A DNA stretch of 41,190 nt from Octopus bimaculoides. Its lineage: Eukaryota. Positions 22,517 through 34,631 of the stretch are shown piece after piece. The position numbers and the translations under genes were made by a program. Under the pieces are notes generated by a model. The model did not search any database, was not told the origin of the DNA, and saw nothing but the letters and a program-made list of their open reading frames with translations. The stretch spans positions 84,596,919 through 84,638,108 of the forward strand of contig NC_068983.1 in the NCBI RefSeq assembly GCF_001194135.2, in the 5' to 3' direction. Positions within the stretch are counted from its first letter, which is position 1, and each line of letters opens with the position of its first letter.

Positions 22517-22575
22517 GTTTATTTCTTTATTGCCCACAGGGGGCTAAACATAGAGGAGACAAACAAGGGAAGACA
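22517..22575 (-). mobile_element. Fragment of the alternative 3' tail of SINE family A
   Basis: catagaggagacaaacaagggaagaca matches ctatagaggggacaaacaaggacagaca at 14138-14165. Confidence 0.55.
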
Positions 22576-22633
22576 TTTATAGTCAGTACACGGTGATTGC
22601 TTATAAGCTTTAAGCTTAAATAATAATTATTAT

Positions 22634-22775
22634 TTACAAATTCCGCCGAGGTCGACTTTGCCTTTCATCCTTTCGGGGTCGATAAAATAAATACCAATAC
22701 TGGGGTCGATGTAATCAACTTACCTCCACCTCCCCGCAAGCTGCCATTGTGGCAAAAAATTTGAATAATTATTAT
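22634..22775 (+). mobile_element. 5'-truncated SINE family A with probable target-site duplication
   Basis: aaattccgccgaggtcgactttgcc core; aataattattat at 22622-22633 and 22764-22775. Confidence 0.85.
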
Positions 22776-22864
22776 CATTTACAGAATTGTCACTCGTCAC
22801 CGCTTCTCCATTTAATGTATGTATATATTACTGTATCGATCACACTATCGGACTTTGTTATACA

Positions 22865-23094
22865 TCGCTGGTCACTAAGTGCTTCAACACATTATTGTAG
22901 CCCTTGAATGGTACCACCCCGCTGGTTCGGTGGGTAGGCCAGCCAGCATTCCTCTTGAACGGAACGTCACCAATTTGCAGCAGGGTGGACTGGAGCAGTG
23001 TGAAACGAAGTGTTTTGCTCAAGAACATAACGTACTGCCGGTCGTAGAATCTCGAGCTTGCCATCGCGAATGCAACACCCTAACCACTTGGCCA

Positions 23095-23097
<3 letters not shown>
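22865..23097 (-). mobile_element. SINE family C (Meta-like body), minus strand
   Basis: ggactggagcagtgtgaaacgaagtgttttgctcaagaacataacg...caccctaaccacttggccacgc is the reverse of the C head. Confidence 0.7.
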
Positions 23098-23161
<64 letters not shown>

Positions 23162-23631
23162 GCACTCACACATACACACACATGTTTTATCTCATTTTAG
23201 TTTTTATATTCTACATCATTTGTATTAGTATTTGATTTATTACAGAAGGCAGAGGTACAACGAACGTTTACAGAGCAATCTGAAGGTTGCTGTGTCATAA
23301 ATGCTAAAGGAGTTCAATGGCATCAGCATTGAATTGATACTGCAAACTCTAGCTTTCGGTGGAGGATGGAATTGTGCAGCGACCTACATTGCCATTACAT
23401 CTAATAAATATGTGTACGTGTGTATGTATATATGTGCATGTGTATGTTTGTGTATGTCGGTGTGTGTTTTGGCATGTAAGAGAGAGAGAGAGAGAGAAAG
23501 CGTGTGTGTGTGTGTGTGTGTGTTAGCATGTAAATTTGAGAAACAGAAAGGGGAAAGTGAATGCCAACCTGTCACCGCCTGACCGTTTGTTCCTGTCTGT
23601 CTGTCTCTATCTCAACACACACAAACTCTGT

Positions 23632-23632
23632 A

Positions 23633-23692
<60 letters not shown>
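23632..23692. repeat. (TATC)n microsatellite
   Basis: Perfect tetranucleotide run. Confidence 0.95.
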
Positions 23693-24086
23693 GAAACATA
23701 TGAATGAGTTTCATACGATTTTGTTAACATAAGTCTAGCTAGGGTCAAGCAGTCAGAAATATATCCTTTTCAAAAGTCTGAAACTAGGTTGCATTACTCT
23801 ATCAGTACACACTGAAATTAAGTTAGTTTACCATCAAAACTTTCTACCAAATGTTTATCTGCCACCGTCCCTATACCGCAAATCTAATCTACCCCAACAC
23901 CTAACATACACACACATATCTATCTACAGTTTATCTTCATGATGGAAAAAGAGCTACCTTCGCTTTGGTTCAAACATCAAATCGTTGCTCCTCCTTCCTC
24001 TTTTTTTTTCAAACCTAGAAATAACTTTTGTTGACGTCTGCCAGTATAGGTGAGGATGATGTGTGCTTGGTTGTTTGTGTGTGTGT

Positions 24087-24121
<35 letters not shown>

Positions 24122-24484
24122 TGCACATACGCATACATATATACGTGCGTTTGTATGTGTAAGTGTGAGTGTGCATGTGCATAGATATTGATATATATAC
24201 ATGCACACACGCATACATACGTGTGTGTGTGTGTGTGTGTGTGCTTGCAGCGAGATAGACTACAGATAAGCACTGAGAGAATTCGGTCTCGAAGAGGAAT
24301 AGTGTGTTTTGCATGTAAGTTGTGACGTGTGAATTAGGGTTTATGGATATGCGTGCGCGCGTGTGTATGGGTGTGTGTGTGTTGTGTGTGTGCGCGTGTG
24401 TATGTGAGAGAGAGAGAGAGAAAAGGAGGGAGGGAGGGAGCAAGAGAGAGGAAGTGAGTGAGTGAGATAGAGAGATAGATAAAT

Positions 24485-24538
<54 letters not shown>

Positions 24539-25314
24539 TTGGCTAATGTGTTTAGTGTTATATTCTTTGGCATCAAGGAAAGTGTAGAGAGTATCGGTGT
24601 TTAAGTTGTTGCAAAAAGAGATTGAAGGTATTTGCGAAGCGTACCTCTAAGCCACCTGGATAAGTCTATCTCACATAAGTGCTACTTTGAACTATTTACA
24701 TAAGATAAATTGAGAGCTGAAAGACATGAATACAAAATTGAGGACATGCAATTTTCACATGAATGCATGCAGGATACTACTGTTTCACATCCGGTAAATA
24801 ATTATGATTTCTAACATGGACAGAAGGTCTCACAGATTTGGGCGGTAGTGGGGAATATAATACTGATAATATCTATGTCAATATTTGACTGGGCTGGGTA
24901 GCCATAAGACCCTTTAGGCAGATGGAGCCCATGGGCATGGGCCGCGCTGGGATTGTTTTAGGGAAGGAAACCCCGACAGAAAACTAGCACTTCTTGAGGT
25001 CTTGAAGATTGGGCAAAGGACTAATGATGTGATCCTGAATCCCACATCCTGCCCCAACCTTCTGATTACAAAAGACTTCAAACACTCAGGAAAATCCGCA
25101 ACACCTTGAAGAGGCAGTTGTTCCTAACTTGGTAAAAGACGGAACTAGATGTGAACTACTGCTGTCGACTATCGACAGGGCAGAATGGAGATAGATAGAT
25201 AGATAGAGAGAGAGAATGGAAGACTTGTACGTATGTATGTATTAGAGAGAGAATGGTAGACTTGTACGTATGTATGTATTTATGTATGTATGTATGTATG
25301 TATGTATGTATATG

Positions 25315-25525
25315 CGTGTGTGTTTGTGTTTGTCTCCAAACCACTTGATAGCCTGCGTGGTTTTTTTTACGTTCCCGTAACTTAGCAGTTTGGCAAAGGA
25401 AACGGCTAAAATAAGAATCAGACTTTTAAAATAATAACGTCCTGGATTCAGTTTGTTACACTAAACCATGCCAGGCGGTGCTCCAGCATGACCACAATCT
25501 AATGACTGAGACAAGTAAAAGAATG
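25315..25525 (+). mobile_element. SINE family B 3' half
   Basis: gtttgtctcc...tttacgttcccgtaacttagcagtttggcaaa...gcggtgctccagcatgacc...gactgagacaagtaaaag. Confidence 0.8.
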
Positions 25526-25842
25526 AAAAAATAAAAGAGAAAGTGTCTCTCTAATAGAGTTTACTGGAACGTCAAAGCCTCTTTAACGAAGCCGACTGGA
25601 GTGTCCGCTGTGTTGCAATCGTTCAGAGTATATCTGTAGTCGGCGGCGAATTCGTTACTTTAATGCACCGATACTTATGAGTCGTGGTTTCTTTGTTTGA
25701 AGGCACTGTACGTGACACATGTCTCTACGTGACACATATCGTCAACCCTCCGTCAATTCCGCTAATCTACCATTCTTGATAAAAACCATAAAAAAAAAAT
25801 AACGCCCCCCCCCACAAAAATCAAAATAAATAGAAGTCCCAT

Positions 25843-26020
25843 AGGCGTGGCTGTGTGGTAAGAAGCCTTGCTTCCAAACCATATGGTTCCAGGTTCGGTC
25901 CCACTGTGTAGCACCTTGCGCAAGTGTTTTTAGCTATGAATTCGGGCCGATCAAATCCTTGTGAATGGATTTGGTAGACGGAAACTGAAAGAAGCCTGTA
26001 GTATATAAATATATATATTG
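25843..26020 (+). mobile_element. SINE family B 5' half
   Basis: aggcgtggctgtgtggtaagaag A-box, ggttcggtccc B-box, ggtagacggaaactgaaagaagcc. Confidence 0.88.
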
Positions 26021-26127
26021 TGTGATACAAATAAGATGTTTTTTCGAACGCATAATTGCCGTTAGAACAGCAGAAAAACTGGGTAAATTACTCTATCAAA
26101 GCGGAAAGTTTGTCAACAATAAGACAT

Positions 26128-26193
26128 GAGACGCGAAACCATATCCCTCAAAGATTCCGGCTGAGTGCTTTACCATTAAGCTAAACTGCCCGC
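26128..26193 (-). mobile_element. tRNA-like head of another SINE inserted inside the family B copy
   Basis: Minus strand gcgggcagtttagcttaatggtaaagcactcagccggaatctttgagggatatggtttcgcgtctc has A-box and degenerate B-box spacing. Confidence 0.5.
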
Positions 26194-26249
26194 TGATAAA
26201 TTCATCCGCCGAATTAGACGCTAAATACTTTAGCTTTATAGAACAACCG

Positions 26250-26470
26250 TGCGTGTGTGTGTGTTTGTCCCCCACTCCCGCTTGACAACTGGTATTGGTG
26301 TGTTTACGTTCCCGTAACTTAGCGGTTCAGCAAAAAAAAAAAACAATAAAGTAAGTACCAGGCTTTAAAAAAAATATAGGTACTGCGCTCGATTTATTCG
26401 ATTAAAAATTCTTCAAGGCGTTGCCCCAGTGTGGCCGCAGTCTAATGACTGAAACAAGTAAAAGATACAA
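26250..26470 (+). mobile_element. SINE family B 3' half (continuation of 25843-26020)
   Basis: tttgtcccccac...gtttacgttcccgtaacttagcggttc...gactgaaacaagtaaaag. Confidence 0.85.
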
Positions 26471-26891
26471 AATAATTCTATAAAAATGCAATTAAATCAC
26501 CTCTTAACCTCTTTTCCTCAGACAGAATGAACTTACCTTAACTAGGAGCATGGTAAAAATTATGATGTATATAACTAGACTTCACTATCGTGACTTATGA
26601 CGTCTAACCCAAAGGTGGCGTCATTAAAAAAATAATTAGAAAAAAAGTTTCCATAAGGTATGTATGTAGTAAGAGTCTAAAGACGGTGCCAAATGTAGAC
26701 GAGCATGTACAGAAACTGGAAAGCTGACAGAAAGCACGCCCCCCCCCTTCATATACCATCAAACTGGTAAAGTTCTTAATGCATTAACCGAAATAGTTTC
26801 ACCCCCACCCCACTTTTCTTTTTCTTTTTTTCTTTTTTGCTTCTTTCCTCTCGTATCCTTCCTTCTTTTCCTCATTCATTTTCTTTCTCTC

Positions 26892-27633
26892 NNNNNNNNN
26901 NNNNNNNNNNNNNNNNNNNNNNNNNNNNNNNNNNNNNNNNNNNNNNNNNNNNNNNNNNNNNNNNNNNNNNNNNNNNNNNNNNNNNNNNNNNNNNNNNNNN
27001 NNNNNNNNNNNNNNNNNNNNNNNNNNNNNNNNNNNNNNNNNNNNNNNNNNNNNNNNNNNNNNNNNNNNNNNNNNNNNNNNNNNNNNNNNNNNNNNNNNNN
27101 NNNNNNNNNNNNNNNNNNNNNNNNNNNNNNNNNNNNNNNNNNNNNNNNNNNNNNNNNNNNNNNNNNNNNNNNNNNNNNNNNNNNNNNNNNNNNNNNNNNN
27201 NNNNNNNNNNNNNNNNNNNNNNNNNNNNNNNNNNNNNNNNNNNNNNNNNNNNNNNNNNNNNNNNNNNNNNNNNNNNNNNNNNNNNNNNNNNNNNNNNNNN
27301 NNNNNNNNNNNNNNNNNNNNNNNNNNNNNNNNNNNNNNNNNNNNNNNNNNNNNNNNNNNNNNNNNNNNNNNNNNNNNNNNNNNNNNNNNNNNNNNNNNNN
27401 NNNNNNNNNNNNNNNNNNNNNNNNNNNNNNNNNNNNNNNNNNNNNNNNNNNNNNNNNNNNNNNNNNNNNNNNNNNNNNNNNNNNNNNNNNNNNNNNNNNN
27501 NNNNNNNNNNNNNNNNNNNNNNNNNNNNNNNNNNNNNNNNNNNNNNNNNNNNNNNNNNNNNNNNNNNNNNNNNNNNNNNNNNNNNNNNNNNNNNNNNNNN
27601 NNNNNNNNNNNNNNNNNNNNNNNNNNNNNNNNN
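26892..27633. other. Assembly gap (N run)
   Basis: N run following a pyrimidine-rich tract. Confidence 1.
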
Positions 27634-27779
27634 TACCTCCGTTCATTCTGGCACTTGGGCACTCATTATTCAACTTCTGGCTCCTGTTTAGTATCATCAT
27701 CAGCAAACTTGTCTTCAGAAAAAAAACCCCGCAGCTACCTCCACAGTCCTTTCATCTTTGTTTCGTTTCGCAAACCCAT

Positions 27780-29240
27780 AAACATCGTCTTCAACATCAC
27801 CATCACCGCCACTGCCGCCGCCGCCGCCACCACTACCACCACCACCACCACCATCACATCCAAACCCTCTTCTCTTCCTCTTCAACATTATCATCGTCAC
27901 CATCATTACAATCACTATCACCTCTTCTCCCTCCTCCTCCTCCTTATCATCGTCACCATCCTCACAATCACCATCACCTCGTCTCTCTCCTCTTCCTCCT
28001 CCTCCTCTTTCTTCTCCCCACCTTCATCACGATTACCTCCCCATTACCATCACCATCATCATCATCATCATCATCATCATCGTCATCATCGTCGTAGTCG
28101 TCATCGACGTCACCCCCCCTACCTACAATTAGTGCCAACCTTTAAAAAAACTCGAGCTAACGAGAAAGGCTTTTTGTGGTTTTGGCTGCCTACTAAAAAT
28201 AGCCGTTCAATATCTCTCCCTTCTCCCGATCCCAAGAAGACCCACCCTACCGCTTGTCTTAAAAAAAAAAAAAAAAGATAAAATGAAAATAATAACAATA
28301 ATTAAAAGGACAAGTCGAATAGTGTAGTCTTGGATATAAAAAAAGGTGGGATGATCACGGTAGGAAAGCTTGATCTAGGTTAAACAACATCAACAACTAA
28401 TTTATAGAATAAAGTCTCGCTCACTACTCATTCGAATATAGAACGTGTATTCCCTTCCCGCCATCACTCCCTCATCAGCTGACACTATCGTTAACAACAA
28501 TAACAACAGCAATACCATAATCCCCCCCCCTCGTCTCAGTACTATCAACAGTGATGCCGGTGCCATAGGTCTCTGTTAGACCAGGGGAAAAGGGTGAGGG
28601 TGGGGCTGATGGGGGCTGGTGGTTGACCATAGTTACACAACAACAACAATGATAACAGTAACAACGTCATTGCTCTCAATGTTGCCACCAATATGTCTAT
28701 ACAGTTAAAAATAATAAAATAAAATAAAATAAAATAAAATAAAATAAAAATAAATCACAATAACTAGAATTCTTCAACACCATCGCCACTATTGTCGCCA
28801 CCACCGTTTTGCCACTGTCTCTGCCATCGCCTCCTCAGTACCAACATCGCTACCTCAACTTCACAACTATCAAAAATATTACTACCGCAAAGACAATGAT
28901 GACGACGACGACGACGACGACGACCACCACCACCACCACTCTATCACTACTATCACCACTATCACCACCATCACTGCCAAATGTACTCTTTCTCTCACCC
29001 CCACCGTCGCTTCAAGTTCCAACATCACCATCGGCATCTCAAATATCTTCATCATATCGGCAGCACCCAGCCAACACTATTTATCAGCACTAGTACAAGA
29101 GCCACGCCACCATCGCATACCACCACCACCACCACCACCACCACCACTACCGTTGCTCCTAGCAGCTTTACCCTTACTTCTTCCTCTCATCCACCACCCG
29201 GCATATTTTCTACGTCAGCTCCACCATCCATTATAACTTA
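27780..29240. repeat. Mosaic of trinucleotide (CAT/CAC/CCT/GAC/CAA) and (TAAAA)n simple repeats
   Basis: Interleaved short triplet arrays; these produce spurious poly-Thr/His/Ser ORFs. Confidence 0.9.
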
Positions 29241-29376
29241 ATACCAACTTCTCATTTATTCATTCGACATCACACCCTTCTCTTGCGTTTCTCTTTGCAT
29301 TTCAGCAGCAGCAGTTTATATGCACATACATATTTACACACAAGACATATACATATAATTCATATATATATATATA

Positions 29377-29890
29377 NNNNNNNNNNNNNNNNNNNNNNNN
29401 NNNNNNNNNNNNNNNNNNNNNNNNNNNNNNNNNNNNNNNNNNNNNNNNNNNNNNNNNNNNNNNNNNNNNNNNNNNNNNNNNNNNNNNNNNNNNNNNNNNN
29501 NNNNNNNNNNNNNNNNNNNNNNNNNNNNNNNNNNNNNNNNNNNNNNNNNNNNNNNNNNNNNNNNNNNNNNNNNNNNNNNNNNNNNNNNNNNNNNNNNNNN
29601 NNNNNNNNNNNNNNNNNNNNNNNNNNNNNNNNNNNNNNNNNNNNNNNNNNNNNNNNNNNNNNNNNNNNNNNNNNNNNNNNNNNNNNNNNNNNNNNNNNNN
29701 NNNNNNNNNNNNNNNNNNNNNNNNNNNNNNNNNNNNNNNNNNNNNNNNNNNNNNNNNNNNNNNNNNNNNNNNNNNNNNNNNNNNNNNNNNNNNNNNNNNN
29801 NNNNNNNNNNNNNNNNNNNNNNNNNNNNNNNNNNNNNNNNNNNNNNNNNNNNNNNNNNNNNNNNNNNNNNNNNNNNNNNNNNNNNNNNNN
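29377..29890. other. Assembly gap (N run)
   Basis: N run between (TA)n and (CA)n. Confidence 1.
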
Positions 29891-29948
<58 letters not shown>

Positions 29949-29964
29949 CTAACATAACGTCAAG

Positions 29965-30075
29965 AGTTGCTGTGAACTGTTGTTGTTGTTTAACCCTAGT
30001 CAGTCCTTGATCGTGTAAATATGGACCTGCGTATGCAAAGTTAGTTCCATCTATAATGATTCTGTTTCGCTCCAT
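29965..30075 (-). mobile_element. Repeat family D 3' end ((CAA)n-tailed retroelement-like)
   Basis: tgttgttgttgtttaaccctagtcagtccttgatc; similar starts at 30352 and 32466. Confidence 0.5.
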
Positions 30076-30351
30076 GGCTATATAATTGCATTAGCTAATG
30101 CGTACGTGTTCGTATTTAAAAATGGTATGATGATATGATTTGAAGGAAATTTAGGTACATTTTTTTTTGTTCCTCTCAGCAGAACGAAGACCACACGTTT
30201 CGTTTCTCTCTTTGTTGTTGTTGTTGTTGCTTCGAACATGACGATGGTGACAACAGTGGTACTAATGATGATGGTAATGATGATGAATAGAATGATGATG
30301 GATCGCATGCCTAGTAATGGTGCTTCTCTTATTCTCTCAATAATATGTGAC

Positions 30352-30520
30352 GTCGTTGTTTAGCCCCAGGAGAATCCAGACTGAGCAGAGACCCAGACTC
30401 TTTGTTTTCACGCATAGAGTATTTAAGACTATATTATCCCGCGTGTTTTTGTTTTTGTTTTTGTTTTTTCAAAGACTGCAGGATGTAATATGAGAGATTT
30501 AACACTTAACTTTTAGAAGG
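30352..30520 (-). mobile_element. Repeat family D, degenerate
   Basis: cgttgtttagccccagg...ctgagcaga...gtatttaagact shared with 32466-32650. Confidence 0.45.
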
Positions 30521-30851
30521 CTGAGCATCCCTGTCGAGACTCCCTCGTCTCCGCCGTCATCATCGATATCATTGTAGCCGTTGCTGACATCAGCTTATTT
30601 GCGATGTTTATACGTTGCTTCAATAAAGTTCCAATTCTTAGAATTTGAAATATTTATATTAAAAAAAAAAAAAAAAATAAAGAAGAAAGAAAAACAAACC
30701 GTTTTTTAGTCCGCTTAGAATGAGTTGTGCCCTTCATAGGTCCCCTCCGCTCCGGCAATATTGTGGTTAGATTCTACTTTTATAAATACACGAAAATAGT
30801 AATAACTGAACATTTGTATGAATATATTCCAATGAGCAGACGATGATAAAG

Positions 30852-30898
<47 letters not shown>

Positions 30899-31109
30899 TT
30901 CAAATTTAGTATAAGGCCAACTGTTTCAGAAGAGGGGATCAGTCGATTATATCGGCTTCAGTGCTCAACTGGTACTTATTTTATCGAACCCGATAGGATG
31001 AAAGGCAAAGTTGACCATGGTGGAATTTGAAGTCAGAAGGTAAAACCGGAGGAAAAATCAGCTAAGCATTTTGTCCGGTACGATAACGATTCTGCCAGCT
31101 CGCTTCCTT
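30899..31109 (-). mobile_element. SINE family A, full length, between two (AAT)n arrays
   Basis: ctgccagctcgc head, gctaagcattttgtcc, ggatgaaaggcaaagttgacc core. Confidence 0.88.
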
Positions 31110-31121
31110 AATAACAATGAT

Positions 31122-31166
<45 letters not shown>

Positions 31167-31849
31167 TAATAATAATAATAACAATAATAATAATAATAAA
31201 AATAATAATAATGATGATGATTAATCTACTTATTTAACATAAGGTTAACAAAAATTCAAAACAATATTTCGTGAGGACAAATATTTTGGGTTGTATGAAC
31301 TCTCTCTTTCTTGTCAAAGTTCCAAATATTTAACAATTTCTGTATTAGACACAAGGGTTCGAGGAAAAACGGTACAAACAATACAATAATCATGTTACCC
31401 CAAAGATTTCAATAATAGCCAGAAAAGATATTTTGAAAAATAACTACTCATCCGTACTAACATTCCTGCGCACGCACGTACACACACACGCACGCACGCA
31501 CACACACACACACACACACACACAGAGGTACATCGACATAATTATATAGCATACATACAGCCACACACAAATGTCACTCCACATGCTCGATTACACAATT
31601 GTAAAACATAATCACCACCCCATCACACACGCACGCGCACAAACAACACACAAATGACATATACTCACAGATATCACATGAAATAAGATAAACAAAAATA
31701 AGCTCCACCACCATCACTGTCACCACTCCCATCAAAATATCCCCTCCTCCCCACCGCCACCACCAGCACTACTAGCACCATTTCTGCTACTATCATCACA
31801 GCCACCGCAGCCATCTCTACAAACAACACCAATCGCTGCTACCACAACC

Positions 31850-31917
<68 letters not shown>

Positions 31918-32001
31918 CGTGATGATGATGACGTCGACGACGAATACATCAGTATATCACTGATGTACATCAGTATATCTGTGTGTGTGTGTATGTGTGT
32001 G

Positions 32002-32329
32002 TGTGGTGAGGGTGGGTGGCTTAGTGATTAGGGTATTTGGCTCAAGATCGTAACGTCGTGAGTTCGATGCATGGCGGTGCATTGTGCCCTTGAGCAAGAC
32101 ACTTTATTTCACGTTGCTCCAGTCCACTCGGCTGGCAAAAATGAGTTGCACCTGTATTTCAAAGTGCAAGCCCTGTCATATTCTGTGCTCCACCGAATCT
32201 CTCTAAAAACTATACAAAAGGCACGTATGGCTACGAAGTGCTCAGCCACATGCACGTTAATATCACAGGCAGGCTATTCTGTTGATCAGATCAAATGGAA
32301 CCATCGTTATGGTAACCGACAAAGTGCCA
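32002..32329 (+). mobile_element. SINE family C, full length, with a second body type
   Basis: tggcttagtgattaggg A-box, gagttcgat B-box, ttgagcaagacactttatttcacgttgctccagtccactc, then a body unrelated to the 16841 copy. Confidence 0.85.
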
Positions 32330-32465
32330 GTGTGCGTAGGTGTGTGTGGGCAAGTATACAAATCGACCTGCGCACACGGATGGACCCTAAACTCATTAGT
32401 TAAGCCTCTTCGATGGATTACTTTTGTATTTTAAATAAACAGGCTTATATCAAACCGACACGTTG

Positions 32466-32650
32466 ATTTGTTGCTGTGTAACCCCACGCCAGCTCTGATT
32501 GAGCAGATTCATGATTAAAGGCAATACAACCAAGGACATCTAGTTTCTTTTTACAGACATAGTATATTTAAGAATAAGTACAAATATCTTTTTTAGATAG
32601 TGGCATGTGATATAAAGGAAACTTGGCTGCTGTTTCTCGTAACTCACGTA
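32466..32650 (-). mobile_element. Repeat family D
   Basis: tgttgctgtgtaaccccacgccagctctgattgagcaga...tgtgatataaaggaaacttggctgctgtttct. Confidence 0.6.
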
Positions 32651-32949
32651 ACCACTATAAGTTATTTCATTGGTTTGCCTAATCCTTAAATTAAGAGTAC
32701 ACTATAACTCATTAAGTAGAAGTTCTGTTTATTTGATAATAAGAATAGTCATTGTCGAAATCGACGGAGAATTCATTAACACGATTTTAATAAATTCTGG
32801 ACTGTGATAATATTCTTAAAATAATGGAGCTTATGTAAGTAGATTTGTGTATGTAACTGAAACACCACTAGCCCTTCATCTCCCAATCTGTCACATGCTC
32901 CCAAAATAGTTTGTACCATATACCGCTTCTAACACCAACCAAATTTCTC

Positions 32950-33390
32950 CAACCATCCATTCACATTGATCACACACTCCACTGTTCCTGGGAGGGTTGT
33001 AGGGGTCAGATTCTCAGGCACTTCCTTCAGAAGGTCCTGTCAGGAGCAAACGTCATTAGACTTTCCTGCTGGATTCCCAAACGTGACCGGCTGAAACACT
33101 GGACACTATCAAATCACTTTGTTCTTGGTCTACCCTTAGGTTTCCAGCCGCTTGGCTCTGTTTAAAGAATCCGTCGTGATTCTTTTCTACGATATTCTAA
33201 TCACATGCCCGTAGTATCGGAGCTGTGACCTCTGAATGCGGAGAAAATCAATCTGGAGGGACTCCTTGATTTCCGAGCTTCGCACCCTGTCGAGTAACGT
33301 TACTTCAGAATTTCTTTTCTGGGGTTCCATTTGGTCCGCTTTTATTCGCGATCGTACTCTCTCGGTCATTAACCAACGTTCATGACCACA
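32950..33390 (-). mobile_element. RTE-clade LINE 3' end fossil
   Basis: Minus translation CGHERWLMTERVRSRIKA...LLDRVRSSEIKESL...IQRSQLRYYGHVIRI, then after a frameshift RRIL*TEPSGWKPKGRPRTK*...SRLGI; short 3'UTR with gaatggatgg. Confidence 0.88.
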
Positions 33391-33429
33391 TTTCTTAAGA
33401 AATGGAAGAGAGAAGAGAGAGGGGGAGGT

Positions 33430-33476
<47 letters not shown>

Positions 33477-33599
33477 AAGCGAAAGAGGGAGAAAGAGGGA
33501 GATAGTTGTTTACCAGCAGACTAGATATCGCCTGTACTGCATTTTTCCTATCTCTCCTTGTAAAGAGATATCGATGTTTGTCGGTTGGTCACGGTGTTG

Positions 33600-33825
33600 T
33601 ACAAGGGAGCTTCTGCACGGTCGATTGATCTGCTGTAAATAGCTAGCAAATCTTCCTCAAATCACACTGTCGATAATCAAACATACCGGACAATGTAGTT
33701 CCGGATATAAAAAAACAAAAACAAAACAAAAAAACCGAATAGGGATAGTCACAAACGGAACGCTTTTTATCATAGGTTTGTTCGATATCAGGACCTATCT
33801 GGGACCAACAACAGCAACAACAAAT
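33600..33825 (+). mobile_element. Repeat family D, sense orientation with (CAA)-like tail
   Basis: gatctgctgtaaatagc...ctcaaatcacac...atcataggtttgttcgatatcagg...ccaacaacagcaacaac; inverted relative to 32466-32650. Confidence 0.65.
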
Positions 33826-34397
33826 TTACACCAGCGGGTGGTGTTTCACCTTGTTTTTAAAATGATCAAGCAATTATCAGTAGAAGAGATCAATTTACTT
33901 TATTGATTATTTTACTGGTTTTGAGATATAACCATTTGTTCTGAGAAGTGAGAACTTAAATTAGCTGATACCAAAACCTTACATGTATCAATGGATTCTA
34001 TTGCTTCTAAATGGACGCATTTTATATACAGTGAGCTCGGTCTGTCTACCTGTACAAACTGAAGTCGCTAATCGATAGAATGTTTTCTCTATCTCAGCAT
34101 GAATACAATTGATTTCAGTACACCGCGTGTGTGTACGTGTGTGTACGTGTGTACGTGTGTGTGTGTGTGTGCGTGTGTGTGTGTCTGTGCGCGCGCGCGC
34201 GTATTGGTTCTTTGTACGGTTATAGCAGTGATATTTTTACTTACAAATTAATAACACGGCGTGCACACAAACTCACACATATGTACTTGCGCGCGAGCAC
34301 ACACACACATACACACACACGTACGCACACACACACATATACGGACACATGCACCCACATATATCATCTTTATATAAAAATATAGATATACATATAT

Positions 34398-34436
<39 letters not shown>

Positions 34437-34440
<4 letters not shown>

Positions 34441-34592
34441 TTGGTTGTGTAGTAAGAAGCTTGCTCCCCAACCACATGGTTCTGGGTTCAGTCCCACTGC
34501 GTGGCACCTTGCGCAAGTGTCTTCTACTATAGCCTCGGGCCAACCAAAGCCTTGTGAGTGATTTGGTAGACGGAAACTAAAAGAAGCCCATC

Positions 34593-34631
<39 letters not shown>

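Noticed and set aside
27655-29241. Thr/His/Ser-rich ORFs resembling mucin or histidine-rich proteins
   Set aside because: Pure trinucleotide mosaics open in several frames, with no splice or domain support
30853-31917. Repeat-spacer-like spacing of (AAT)n arrays as a CRISPR or satellite
   Set aside because: Eukaryotic simple repeats of unequal length with irregular spacing; no conserved repeat unit
32002-32075. tRNA-like heads as functional tRNA genes (also 25843, 8368, 26128)
   Set aside because: They lack full cloverleaf acceptor stems and continue into SINE bodies
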